This document shows, one piece after another, positions 44,027-55,480 of a stretch of 64,000 nucleotides of DNA. The notes beneath the pieces were generated by a model that did no database searches, was not told the origin of the DNA, and saw only the letters and a program-made list of their open reading frames with translations. This DNA is from an uncultured Nitrososphaerales archaeon (GTDB lineage: Archaea; Thermoproteota; Nitrososphaeria; Nitrososphaerales; Nitrososphaeraceae): NCBI GenBank assembly GCA_963713605.1, contig CAVQMO010000004.1, forward strand, positions 32,001 through 96,000. Reading direction: 5' to 3'. Made by a program: the position numbers and the translations under genes. Every line of letters starts with the position of its first letter. Position 1 is the stretch's first letter.

Positions 44027-44302
44027 TAAACTATTTAGATGCTTTTATCCTCAAATAACCAAGTTAGCTTGTACTCATTGCACTTAAACCTCCAATTAGA
44101 TAAGAATATAGTTTCTTCGTAATACAAATTGGAACAGAATATTCCGCCAGGATATCACATGTCATAACTTATCGGTAAGTCATGTTGTTTGTTTGGTTAT
44201 TTGGATCGTGGAAAGCAGTTACTATTTCCTGAAATTGGTATCGACTTATTCTATCAAAGATCAAAGTTAGACGACAACAGATAGTTCAGTCAGCAGAAGT
44301 TC

Positions 44303-44701
44303 TTATTTATTCTGACCCGTTTCTAGACCCAGATCGCTTATTATTTCTTTCATTGTTTGCATGTCCGCACTTAAAGAAACAATCTTATTTTTAATTGATT
44401 CTGGCACTTCAATTTCCGATACAAACATCTCTAGAAAGTCTGCCACTTCGGACAACGGCATCTCGGCCATGTTTATGGTAAAAATTGTAGTGTCAATATT
44501 TTCTCTTGCTTTATTAATGAACTCGTCTATCTCGGAAACTTCTCTGGAATTATCTGGTGTGGTCTTATAAATATCTCTGATGCATCTACAGTCGCACTCA
44601 TTTTCGTTTGACCCGTACTGAATACAGATACATCCCGGGGCGCTACACCTGGCTTCACTATTGCCCAGTTTACATGAAAACACTTCAGTTGGCTGACTCA
44701 T
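44303..44701 (-). CDS. Hypothetical protein with Cys-rich N-terminus
   Basis: Seven Cys in the first 41 aa. Confidence 0.55.
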   Translation of the reverse strand: MSQPTEVFSCKLGNSEARCSAPGCICIQYGSNENECDCRCIRDIYKTTPDNSREVSEIDEFINKARENIDTTIFTINMAEMPLSEVADFLEMFVSEIEVPESIKNKIVSLSADMQTMKEIISDLGLETGQNK

Positions 44702-44769
44702 CTATAATACGTTGAGAAGTTTTGCGACAAAATATTTTAGTGTTATCTTTATTGCATCAATAGAATTTT

Positions 44770-45168
44770 TCATATGATGATGTGATGTTTAATAGCGCAG
44801 TCTTTATGATAATAATGTCTTGGTCGACCGCTGGTTACAACGGCATGATCAGAATGTGCATGTGACAACAAAACTGCGTCTACATCGAGTTCTAATATCT
44901 CCCGTTCAGCCATCCTCATCAAATCATCCCTATAAAGTCCTTTAATATCTGGTAAAAGTCTCATAGTGAGAAAATCTTCTATTCCATTTGCTACTCGTGG
45001 ATTGATATATTCCTCAAAGAACTTGGCCCTTCTACTAAAGCCCTTACCAAAATCCAGAAAGACCCTAGTATCTTTATCCTCTAAAAGAATCTTGTTTCCT
45101 CCTATTTCATTTACTCCGCCGTAAAAGGTGAGACTTGTCAAGAAATAGTATGAATCAGCGTAAATCAT
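44770..45168 (-). pseudogene. MBL-fold (RNase J-like) hydrolase, truncated and fused to unrelated sequence
   Basis: LTFYGGVNEIGGNKILLE...LDFG, LSHAHSDH, then an unrelated tail. Confidence 0.8.
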
Positions 45169-45669
45169 AAATGTGTTGGCACATTTCTGTTCTGCTCTAT
45201 CATATCTATATTATGAGTTCTTTTATCGTCTGAGACAGACAAAATTTATGGTTCAAGCATAACATCACTATTGACGTCATAGAATGCATTTCAAATGCTG
45301 TTGAGGCATTAACATTTGCTTGTTCTCTTTGTGCTATGCTTCCAGTTGTATTAGTTTAGTTCATAAGATTAAATTCGTTTAGTCGTAATAGCACGACAAA
45401 ATGAGTGTGAGATGTGTCATTTTTTGAAAATCTGTTTTGATTAGTGTTTAGGTTCTAAACTCAATAGCAGAAGAAGATGAAATTCTTAGATTTCAAAAAA
45501 ATATTAAGCCAATTTATAATCGTATTCAATTTCACTGCATTCTCTTAGTTCCTATTCAAGTTATTTCCTTGTGCTTTTCCTTCCTGAATAGTATTAAGAT
45601 TGGATTTGGCAGTTAGCAGTTGTACAACATTAGCTAATCCTTATAATCATATACTTCAAAATAGAGCTA

Positions 45670-47604
45670 ATGCCTCTACAGGATCCAGATAAGCTTATCA
45701 GAGTAGTTCAAGATTCTACAAGAAATCTTTTACATTCGTTTCGTGACAAGGCAAACGCTCTCCATGATCGTTCAGAAGATATTAGATTACTGATTAGAGA
45801 AGGATACAACAAGGAAATAGCGTATGGAACTGCACTAAATCTATTTGGCAAGGATACCACTTCGTTCCTGGCAATAGATGGAACCGAATCTCAAGACCAA
45901 CAATTGGATATGATGATATTTTATGCAGGAGCCTTCGGCTATATAGGTAAGTTGCACTTTAATGATTCTACAAACGGCTGTAGATTTGATGAACCGCTTC
46001 CTATAGAAGGTAGTCTAGGTCTCTCTACAACAGTATCTATTCACGAACAAGACTCTGCAAGTGTAGCCGGTAAGCTAACTGAAGGAGGAGTTGAAGTTGA
46101 ATCAGAACGATTACCCAGTACACTTATGCAGTTATCAGAATACTATATGGCTGTTAAGACAATTCATGAGAATCCTAGTATACAAATAGTTATCCTCGAC
46201 AGAACGCTTGCAGGAGATTTTGCTCATTTGATTTGGAGCGTCGCCAAAACTATGGAAGAGGATGGATCTTGTATACTCCAAGGAAAGGATACGAAGTATG
46301 GCAAGGTAACAGGCCTTGATCTGGAGCTTACGAGAATGCTTCGTGCAAATGAAGACCTTAAAATACCATCTGCTAGGAGCCAATTGATCAAATATGCAGC
46401 GATAAATAAACTGCTGCAAAGCCAGGATCAAGAACTTGGAGAAGATAGTACGCTGGTATCAAGATCGCAAAGGGTTATGGATAAAAGAATATCGGATAAA
46501 GACCTACTAACGGCAATTGGGGCTGACAGAAATCGACTCGACAAACTACAGAAGGACATGGCAAAGCTCAATAAACGTTATTCTTTCCTTGATGGAGATC
46601 AGATGTATTCCCTGAAATCACACATATCTGGATACTGGGAACGAGTCTTTTCGGCAGCAATGGAGGTTTGTGATCATATTTTCAATACTCCGGCTAACGA
46701 ACATCCGCTAATACTCAGTGATCCACAAAATATTGGGAATGCACGCTGGATCACTGTTAGTGATATTGATTATTTGATACTTGTTATGATTTATGCTTTG
46801 TTACACGCGGCATGGGAGAAAAATATTCTCGTAATAGGAATTATCAAAGATATATCAGCAGCAGAGATGACGAAGACAGTCATCCCTATACTTCAAAGCA
46901 CTGGCATAATAGCTCTGAAAAGCAAATTTCCATCCCTAAATAGCGACAAATCTTTCTTGCAGACTGCTAGTATAGTCAATGCGAAAAGCATGGCTGCACC
47001 CTGGAGGACATTTGAATTTGACGCTTGCTTTAGAACAGTTGTTCCTCCACATGTACATACTTTAGATAAGATATTTCCAGCTCAAGATATGCAGGACAAT
47101 AAGATTGAGCATGAAGTAAATGTCACTGGTGCTTTCAAAAATCTCATTTCAGAAGAGAGGATGTTTGTCAAATCATATATTCAACTCTGGTCTAGCAAAA
47201 ATGATCCATCAGTACGAAGTCATGTATTCTCGTATGATAGACCATGCTATCCAAGATTTGACTTAAAGAAAGAATTAACTCTAATTCACAGAGACGGTAA
47301 GGTAATCGAGAGGATTGAACCCATACTCCATTTCAAAGAAGACGCTGATCTATCCCACCTTGTAATGGACATCCTCTGTTCTATGTCTTCAGAGGTAATC
47401 CCAGAATGCTTAGGTCATAATTACCCGTTATTCTTAGCAGACAAAAAGGCCAAGTCGGTACTAGAGGAAACTAGAAGAGCTTACTTATCTGCCGTATCTT
47501 TTGAAATGGCAAATAGTGAGTTCAACCAGCAAATACTATACGATACCCGGTTCAGAGAATATAGATCACAGGTGGAATCATTAAGGAGGAGCAAGAACAT
47601 TTGA
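45670..47604 (+). CDS. nurA: Long NurA-family nuclease
   Basis: LAIDGT, ILDRTL, GIIKD, GHNYPLFLAD motifs; overlaps the herA start. Confidence 0.8.
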   Translation: MPLQDPDKLIRVVQDSTRNLLHSFRDKANALHDRSEDIRLLIREGYNKEIAYGTALNLFGKDTTSFLAIDGTESQDQQLDMMIFYAGAFGYIGKLHFNDSTNGCRFDEPLPIEGSLGLSTTVSIHEQDSASVAGKLTEGGVEVESERLPSTLMQLSEYYMAVKTIHENPSIQIVILDRTLAGDFAHLIWSVAKTMEEDGSCILQGKDTKYGKVTGLDLELTRMLRANEDLKIPSARSQLIKYAAINKLLQSQDQELGEDSTLVSRSQRVMDKRISDKDLLTAIGADRNRLDKLQKDMAKLNKRYSFLDGDQMYSLKSHISGYWERVFSAAMEVCDHIFNTPANEHPLILSDPQNIGNARWITVSDIDYLILVMIYALLHAAWEKNILVIGIIKDISAAEMTKTVIPILQSTGIIALKSKFPSLNSDKSFLQTASIVNAKSMAAPWRTFEFDACFRTVVPPHVHTLDKIFPAQDMQDNKIEHEVNVTGAFKNLISEERMFVKSYIQLWSSKNDPSVRSHVFSYDRPCYPRFDLKKELTLIHRDGKVIERIEPILHFKEDADLSHLVMDILCSMSSEVIPECLGHNYPLFLADKKAKSVLEETRRAYLSAVSFEMANSEFNQQILYDTRFREYRSQVESLRRSKNI

Positions 47605-49464
47605 CTGAAACTGCAAGCGAAGGGAAAATGTCCAAAAAAATTGATGATCTATTTGATTCTCTTAATGGCAACTTTATTGCACGGTTAAGAGAAATATATT
47701 TGAACACTAGGATAACTGCAGATGGAAAAGCGACGATTACGTTTAGAACCGCAAGAATAGAGGCAGTATATTCACCAGATATCGTCAAGCAGATAGAGGC
47801 AGGTAGACTCATAGCAATTCCGAATGTTATGTCAGTTGGTACAAATAGCGTATATTCGATCTATGAGGTGGCCGATGTATATCCTATGCACTACAGTATG
47901 TTGACATTGGATAAGAGCCAACCTGGAGCCATTCGTAATGAGTTTATGACATTAATCGAAAATGAGTGGCAAACTATCTCAAAAAGTACATGGATAGAGA
48001 TTGTTGCAGCTCCCACCGGTTATATTGTCGCATTGGATAACGACATACCAAGTGAACCGAAATTCATCAGGAAGAGTAATGCCCCACTAATAGGATCTCG
48101 GGTATACATGCTAAACAAAGAAACTATTCAAAAATTTATTTGCTATACGCCTAAGGGAGAGGATCTATTAGAAAATTATGATATTGGTTATCTTCTGGGT
48201 GTCACAGAAGAACAAGTACCTTTTACAGTAAACATAGAAAAACTTCTGCATTATCACGTAGGCGTATTTGCATTTACAGGGTCTGGTAAGAGTAACCTTA
48301 CATCACTTGTATTGAGAAAATCAGTTAATTCACTTCCAAATATGAAATTTGTAATATTTGACATATCTTCAGAATACGGCATCAACATTCTCGATTTACT
48401 AAAATCTATTCCAAGTCGAGTCATATTTACAGATGAACTAAGAGGAAAGGATATTGCTGAAAAAGCTAAAGACTATCTTAGGAGGCATGTAATTCCGGAG
48501 ACATTAGAGGATGTGAATGATGCACTTCCTGCGTTAATTGAAGAAACGATCAGACAGAATAAGATAAAGAAAATTTTCATACAGTCAGAATCAGAACAGG
48601 GACTTCAGGGGATAACTAGTTACGGAGGTCTATTGGGAACCCTCGCTGATCTTGCAGGTGAGAAATATGGTGCAGCTGCTCAGAAAATCTTGATTCCAAC
48701 CATTGCGGGAATGATAAGAAAGTTCATGGTTGACAATAAAATTGAGGATGAATCAACGGCGATTGGTAAGGAGATAATGCCTTTGATAGAGTCAGTAGAA
48801 AGTCTGTTGGCTGGCAGCTAAGCTACGACAGGATGCAGCATTAATTTCTATATTCAATAATCTAAAACTCGTGCTAGATAATCCTACTCAGAGGGATTTT
48901 GGTGACTATAATTCAACAAGACTAGTAAGAGAAATCATGGATGATAGTAAAGACTCGCCAAGGATCTTTGTAATCAATCTTCCTGAAGCCGATACTGCGA
49001 GAACATTTTGCGCAGAGATCATCAATAGAGTATTTAGATATAGAAAAAATAGCTTTACTCTTCAACCAAAGATTGCCTTTGTCTTTGATGAGGCACAAGA
49101 ATTTATTCCATACGATAAGAAAAAAGAAGATGGAACAGAATATTCTAGCAGAGCTGTAGAAAAGTTACTCAGACATGGACGTAAGTACAACTTACATGGA
49201 TGGATATCTACACAAAGAATCGCTCATCTCAATACAAATGCACTTCAGCAGCTTCACAGTTATTTTGTAAGTACAATGCCAAGACCATATGACAGACAAC
49301 TGATATCAGACACATTTGCAATTGACGATGCATTCATGGATAGAACGTTGACATTTCAAAATGGAGACTGGCTTATGGCAAGCTTCAAAGCAACGAACAC
49401 ACAAAATGTTCCAGTCTTCTTTCATGCTATCAATAATGAAGGATATATAGTTGATAGGAAATGA
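47601..49464 (+). pseudogene. herA: HerA/FtsK-family ATPase split by a +1 frameshift near 48819
   Basis: Walker A AFTGSGKS in ORF1; Walker B FVFDEAQ, RHGRK and STQR in ORF2; the +1 frame is open from 48820 (KLRQDAALIS). Confidence 0.85.
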
Positions 49465-49907
49465 GACTTACGAATGACGATCTCATAATGCCTGCTAGTA
49501 CAAGGAAGATCTACATAACACATTGTTCCGCCAAGAAAGATCCAGTTTTGATGGATAACAAGAATAGGGTTACCCCCGATAGGTTATACACAGCGACTCC
49601 TACTCAACGATTTATGAGTGAATGCAAGAACAAGGGAGTTAATTGGGCGATATTCTCTGACAAGTACGGTATATGGTTTTCAAATGATCTACATGAATGG
49701 TACGATAAGAATCCAAACAGGGTTACTACAGATGAATTTAACCAGCTAGTTCGTAAATTTGATAGGTCTCTCTCACGATTTGATGAAATTTATTTTTATC
49801 ATAATCCAGGCAGGTTTCACAAGCTATACAAGAGACTCTTAAAGAGCAGTGAATTGAGGGCTAAGATAAAGTTAGTTACTCATCTTAATGAAATCACCAA
49901 TCAGTAA
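49461..49907 (+). CDS. DUF6884-like protein
   Basis: ITHCSAKK, PDRLY, WAIFSDKYG, WYD; ATGA overlap with the herA stop. Confidence 0.6.
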   Translation: MRLTNDDLIMPASTRKIYITHCSAKKDPVLMDNKNRVTPDRLYTATPTQRFMSECKNKGVNWAIFSDKYGIWFSNDLHEWYDKNPNRVTTDEFNQLVRKFDRSLSRFDEIYFYHNPGRFHKLYKRLLKSSELRAKIKLVTHLNEITNQ

Positions 49908-49921
49908 GGGGTGCTTATGCT

Positions 49922-50584
49922 TTGTCCGAAACCTGTACATGGCTTCATGAACAACTAGAGCTTCTACCCATCTTCAAATATCCATTTGATTTAAAATTAC
50001 TCCCAAATAATGGGATCTATTTCTTTTGTGAGAAAGGTGAAAATTCAAACCACGGTAGTGGCATCCCCAAACCAAGGAAAAATACAGTTAGAACCGCAGG
50101 TGGGATAATGTTTGGAGTTGGATTTTTCGTTCTTGCCAGAACTGTCATTCATCCTAAACTGAAGAATTCTCTAAATATGACTGGAATCGGTTTAATACTT
50201 CTTTTGGGTGCAAATGCCTCATCACTTATAATAATGACCCTCTACCCTCCATGGGGTATTATATCAACGACTTTTCTGATACCAGGTTCATACTTTCTAA
50301 TAGTTGGTTTAGACTCTGCAACGTTCTATCTGGCAACAGATTCCTCATTGAGAAGAGTAATAGCAAGGTCGCCTCAAAAGGAATATGATATCTTAAAGGC
50401 GATGGGTGCTTCCGCTTCGGAAGAAATTGTGATTAGCAAAGTAGCTAGCATCAGTAAGGAAGTATATTATGATATTCAATCAGAAAAAATCTTCGCTATC
50501 GCTTCTGAGCCTGCTGACGTCCAACAATATATTAATGAGGTATTTAGAGAAGTGTCGAATAGAGGCAGAGTGTCTGATGTTTAG
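49922..50584 (+). pseudogene. Chimera: GIY-YIG-like nuclease N-terminus fused to a membrane-protein C-terminus
   Basis: LPNNGIYFFCEKGE...HG...PR then switches near 50078 to hydrophobic AGGIMFGVGFF...YPPWG. Confidence 0.55.
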
Positions 50585-50754
50585 TGCATTAGACGACCCA
50601 AAGACTGGCCGAGTATTAATTCTACTAAATCATCTGTGCAGCAAACTGAGATGAAGACTGTTTGGCCCTTAAGTAATTAGTAATTAGAGAAATAGCATCA
50701 CTACTATGAGGAAATCATAAAATTTTTTATCCAAAGGGATGACAAAGTAGCATT

Positions 50755-50838
50755 AGCACAATCACTACCAAGGACGGGACTGAAATCTACTATAAGGACT
50801 GGGGTAACGGTCCTGTCGTAACCTTTTCCCCAGCTTAA
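50755..50838 (+). pseudogene. Alpha/beta hydrolase (non-heme haloperoxidase-like) N-terminal remnant
   Basis: [25 protein letters not shown]. Confidence 0.7.
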
Positions 50839-50897
50839 GCAATATCATGACTTACTGAACCAATCCTGATCGATAAAAAAAATTGAAGTGGGATCGC

Positions 50898-51069
50898 TTA
50901 TTTATTTTCTAGTTCTTTGATTCTTTCAGTTATTCCCTGAGCTTCCTTCTCTAAGATCTTCTTTGTACTCTTTTAGCATTGAAATCTTTTCTTCTCTGGT
51001 TAGAAAGCTTCTTACCTTTCCAAAGCCTGTTCCCCAGCCGCCACCATAACCACAGTATCCATATGTCAT
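50898..51069 (-). pseudogene. Small DUF5320-like coiled-coil protein, frameshifted
   Basis: MTYGYCGYGGGWG...RSFLTREEKISMLKEYKEDL/KEAQGITERIKELENK. Confidence 0.6.
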
Positions 51070-51136
51070 ATTGGTTATACGATATATACATAGAGACGTA
51101 TTTATATATATCGGACACCCTATATCGATATAAGGC

Positions 51137-51448
51137 GTGACCAGATACAGTGACGAAGAAAGCTGCGACATGAGAGGCATGCTAGGATTTCTGATTCTCT
51201 TCTTACTATATGAGAAGAGGTTGATGCATGGTCAGGAAATAGCTGATGAGCTTGCAAAACGGAGGGGAGTTAGACCAAGTCCAGGAACAATATATCCTGC
51301 TATTAAAGGCCTTACAGATGCAGGATATCTGCACGAAGAAGAGAAAATAGGTAAGACCATATCCTATAGTCTTACCCCCAGAGGCATGAAGGCTTTTCAC
51401 GCAGCCAGAAGAAGGTTTACCAACACCTTTTTTGGAGTACTTGGCTGA
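51137..51448 (+). CDS. PadR family regulator
   Basis: MHGQEI, SPGTIYPA, YSLTPRG. Confidence 0.9.
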   Translation: MTRYSDEESCDMRGMLGFLILFLLYEKRLMHGQEIADELAKRRGVRPSPGTIYPAIKGLTDAGYLHEEEKIGKTISYSLTPRGMKAFHAARRRFTNTFFGVLG

Positions 51449-51571
51449 TATATAATTAAGGCTCAGTTTATAATAACGATTTTAGGAAATCCACATTCAT
51501 TAGCATATACTTGAGTTTATCTGTTAGTTACATACTTCATTTTCAGATACATTAAACGCAGCATAATCATA

Positions 51572-51772
51572 TTACAGATTAGGGTTAAATTCAGTGAAGA
51601 ACTTTATAGGAAATTCCTGAGTTCCATTATAATCTCTTTGGTGTATTCGAGTATATAGAACTCTAGCCTTTTGTTCTATTTCATCAAGAGTATAACCAGA
51701 AATCCAAAACTCATAGGATCTTCCTTTTCCTTCTTTTACAAATTCCATGGTCACTCTCATTTGAATACTCAT
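51572..51772 (-). CDS. Hypothetical protein
   Basis: 66-aa ORF. Confidence 0.4.
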   Translation of the reverse strand: MSIQMRVTMEFVKEGKGRSYEFWISGYTLDEIEQKARVLYTRIHQRDYNGTQEFPIKFFTEFNPNL

Positions 51773-52002
51773 ATTATGATGAATTGTGTAGTGAATCTGA
51801 CACTTAAACTAGTTGATAATACAATTATAAAAAAAATTCATTGTATAAAATCTGCCTAAGCTTTTTATTTGAAATATCAATGTTTTTTTTGGTCATTCAC
51901 CCAATTGAGAGCCCAGTCCTTCCTCTCAATCATACCCTTAAGAGAAATATCATATTGTATAAAGAAATCACGTGATGCATTGATTCAATAATGTTGAAAT
52001 GA

Positions 52003-52102
52003 TGAAATTCGATCTGAAAAAATCTTTGCTATTACTTCTGAACCTACTGACGTCCAAGAGTATATCAATGAGGTATTTAGAGAAGTGTCGAACACAGGGA
52101 GA
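52003..52102 (+). repeat. Diverged copy of 50471-50572
   Basis: Both encode SEKIFAIxSEPxDVQxYINEVFREVSN. Confidence 0.8.
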
Positions 52103-52411
52103 GCACATACTGTCTAATACATTGGAAAAGCCGAAAGAATGGCTGACAATATTGCTAGATTAATTATGTTAAATGTAAATGTACATTCAGCTTAGTCAAA
52201 CGTATCTATTGGATCGTTATTCCAAGTTAAAAACAATCTTTGCTTATGAAATTCATCGAGCTTGCATTTGATTTTACCTTCTTGAAAAAAATATTCTGAT
52301 ATCTATAACATAAGGTTAGAGGTGAGAAACCGATTCCAAAGTTAACAGAACGATATGATCATATATGTAAAATAGTAAGCAATAAGAGTCGCTAATTCAA
52401 AGATATACTCT

Positions 52412-52540
52412 TTTAGGTTTTCTTTGCAATGTAATAATAGTTTTGAAAATCATGTGCAAGTGTCTTGACTTCGGCATTGGTAAAGCCAGAGTTTTTTAGC
52501 ACCTCAATAGCTTTCTCCTTTCCCCACATTGCTCCAAACG
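52412..52540 (-). pseudogene. Rv2258c-like methyltransferase C-terminal remnant
   Basis: [39 protein letters not shown]. Confidence 0.55.
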
Positions 52541-52951
52541 GGATTCAAGATTTTGGTTTAGTTTTTCTCATATGCCTGCGTAATCAATGTAAGAATATAT
52601 TCTAAATCAGACTTGTCGTCTACAAAAACATTATATTCACAGGGAGTGTGCTGAAGACTAGACGACATACACTGCTCGATATAATGGACACAAATGAAAA
52701 GATTAGAGCACAGTTGGTGGTCCGTTATTACTATCTGCTGCTAGCTTAACATCTTGTGAATTTGCTTCGTTACTGTCATTGTATAATATAAAATATATGA
52801 TAGGTAGATTAAATCAGTTAAGTGATCTTAACTGAGGTATAAAGATAAAAAGTTACTTTACACTATTTGCCGCCAAATGTTTTACTGATAGCTTCTCCCG
52901 TCTGTTCTAATATGCTGCCACCGGTTTCGTTACCACCAGTTTCATTTTGTG

Positions 52952-53293
52952 CTAGTCCAGAACCGCTTTGATTGCCCTGTTGTCTCGCTGTTGTCCTCCT
53001 CCCGCACTTTGGTTACTGGTTTGATTGCTAGTTTGATTACTCTGCTGTTGTCCTCCAGTCTCATTCTCCATTGCAGCCTGATTTAGTCCTGTCAAATTTT
53101 GAACATCTGTTACATTACCAAAACCCTCACTAGTCTCATTATTCATAGGCGGAATGACACTTGGTGATGGCAAAGAAGGGGACTGTTGCTGCTGAGACGA
53201 CTGATTCGATTGTGCAAATGCAGAATCAGATGACAGCAAAGTTAAGGCGCCGATCATAGAAAATATGAGAATATATATTGAATATTTTGTCAA
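52952..53293 (-). CDS. Secreted Q/N/S-rich protein (3' end probably frameshifted)
   Basis: Signal peptide ending AFA; NQTS repeats. Confidence 0.6.
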   Translation of the reverse strand: MTKYSIYILIFSMIGALTLLSSDSAFAQSNQSSQQQQSPSLPSPSVIPPMNNETSEGFGNVTDVQNLTGLNQAAMENETGGQQQSNQTSNQTSNQSAGGGQQRDNRAIKAVLD

Positions 53294-53868
53294 CTTGTTC
53301 TCGTCCTATCATGAACGGCAAAGTTATTAACTATTTCATCAAGGATAACGATTTTTTGTTCTAATACTATGCGGCATGGATATTAGTAATTAGTATGAGA
53401 TAATTAAAAGTGATTCTTTGTAAGCTGTTGGTGGTACTTAATGAATAGCCTCAGACTTTTTATGGTCCGTTGTTCTAAACTGATGTCGAAACTCTTAAGG
53501 CCTATCTGTCTTGGCTAACCAGATGAATAGTTTCCGATAAAGTTATTGCAGATTGTTGAGGCTTTAGACGTGACTCTCAATCATAATGAAAGTAACATAG
53601 GCATAATACTTCTATATATAATACTTATAGTCGTCACACAAACCATTTGTTGCACTCCTAGACGTATAATAAACTTCTAATCGACATTTGATATACAATA
53701 TCCTAGGTAATATCATTCGTGAAATAGTGATACTTGCTAACTCAGTACCACTCTTAAATCATTCTTCTGGGGCTACCTTAAATCTCATTCTAAGCCTTAC
53801 ACAGTCTGTCATAATCTCGTCTCTACATTTCGTGACAAACTTAAAAGCAACAATCGCAAAACCACTGC

Positions 53869-54246
53869 ATGCTTAAAAAGATGACACCTGAAAAAGTGCT
53901 TAATTCAATAGTTGAAGGTATCAACGCAGGGGATCTAGACTCCCTAATGACACTCTATGATGCTGATGCGTGTTTTGCATCGCAGCCAGGACAACTTGCA
54001 AAGAGTCCAGAATCTGTATGCCAAAGTCTGCGTAGTTTCATCGACTCGAAGGGCAAGTTGGATCTAAAAGTAAAGAGGGTACTTCAAGCAAGCGATCTTG
54101 CTCTTGTAACTACTGAATGGTCATTCAGTGGAACTGGACCTGATGGCAATCCTTTTAATATGGCTGCCAAATCTGCGGACGTTCTGCGTCATCAGGCCGA
54201 TGGGACTTGGCAGTTTGTCATAGATAATCCTTGGGGGACAGACTAA
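53869..54246 (+). CDS. NTF2-like/DUF4440 (YybH-like) protein
   Basis: INAGDLDSLMTLY, DVLRHQADGTWQFVIDNPWG. Confidence 0.85.
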   Translation: MLKKMTPEKVLNSIVEGINAGDLDSLMTLYDADACFASQPGQLAKSPESVCQSLRSFIDSKGKLDLKVKRVLQASDLALVTTEWSFSGTGPDGNPFNMAAKSADVLRHQADGTWQFVIDNPWGTD

Positions 54247-54554
54247 GTGAGAAATCGATACATTCACTGAAGCGATAAACCTTGTTCACGAAGTGAACAC
54301 GCTCAAAAAAGCACAATATTAAAATAGATATATAGAGGGTGAAAGATTTTTGCAGAAGAAAAGAGGAACGTTATATAAGTAATGTCTTCGGTACCTGTAC
54401 TTTACCATAGTGGTGAGATGATGAGAGATTATGTACCACCAACATCAACACCAACAGAAAGGGCCTAGATGGAAATGCATCTATTGTGGCAGCATAATGG
54501 ATAGGACAAACTTTACAGACTTCATAAAACAGTCAGACCATGACAAAAACAGCG

Positions 54555-54836
54555 TTAAAGAAGCAAGAGTGCAGTATCACACTTGGCGCAGATCTGGTTA
54601 ATGCCAGAACAACATCGACAAACGGAATGAATCAAAGCAATAATCGAAAGACGTAGCATCTTATCAAGACTACCATCCCCTTTTTCTACAGCAGTCCTTA
54701 ACGCAGTAATAAGTTTGTTAAACTTTGGATGAATAGCCATGTAACCACCTTTGCAATACCATAAATCTATGATATTCCTGTCCTTGCGTTTGAATACTAC
54801 TAAATATCTTGGTGCTTGCTCATCTATCTTTGTCAC
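54555..54836 (-). CDS. Hypothetical protein
   Basis: 93-aa ORF. Confidence 0.3.
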   Translation of the reverse strand: MTKIDEQAPRYLVVFKRKDRNIIDLWYCKGGYMAIHPKFNKLITALRTAVEKGDGSLDKMLRLSIIALIHSVCRCCSGINQICAKCDTALLLL

Positions 54837-54869
54837 TTAATGATATCATTATAGATATGATGTGTTCAG

Positions 54870-55376
54870 CTATAGCGCCACAACGTCAATATTACTATAT
54901 ATATCATATACCTTGCTAGTAGAAGGGTTAATGTAATCCCAATGATCCTTACTTATATTTATTTTCTTAAATTTACTCTTATTAAGAGAATCTAGGATCT
55001 CGTAAACAGACTGACCAATCATGATTTGATTAGATGTTGTAAATCCTGTCATTTTTGCTGAAATACTTGTCGTATATCCCAAAATATCTAGATGTGGTTT
55101 TCTAATGACGCGATTAGTTTTGATGCTATCGCCACCATCTGTTGTTGTTATTGAACTTACAACTTCATTGTTATTAATATAGTATTGAGCATCTTCTCCG
55201 TTACGAATATCAGTATCATTAACATGATTCTCTTCAATAAGTGTATACGAGTTAGTACTCCAACCATATTGAACTACTACATTTTCTCCCGCGTCTATTC
55301 CAATACGAACTCCCATTTCAGGATAATCATTGTCATTTAAAATTGGATTGATACCATCTTGCATTACTCTGATCAT
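54870..55376 (-). pseudogene. Class III adenylate/guanylate cyclase C-terminal fragment
   Basis: VRIGIDAGE, DILGYTTSISAKM; the N-terminal metal-binding half is absent. Confidence 0.7.
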
Positions 55377-55480
55377 GCTTCGAGCACAATTAGGAAATTA
55401 TCAAAACTTGTAGACTAAAACGTCAACGAACAATAATGAATAGTAAAACTATTATACAGTCGGTAGTTTTAATTGCAGCG

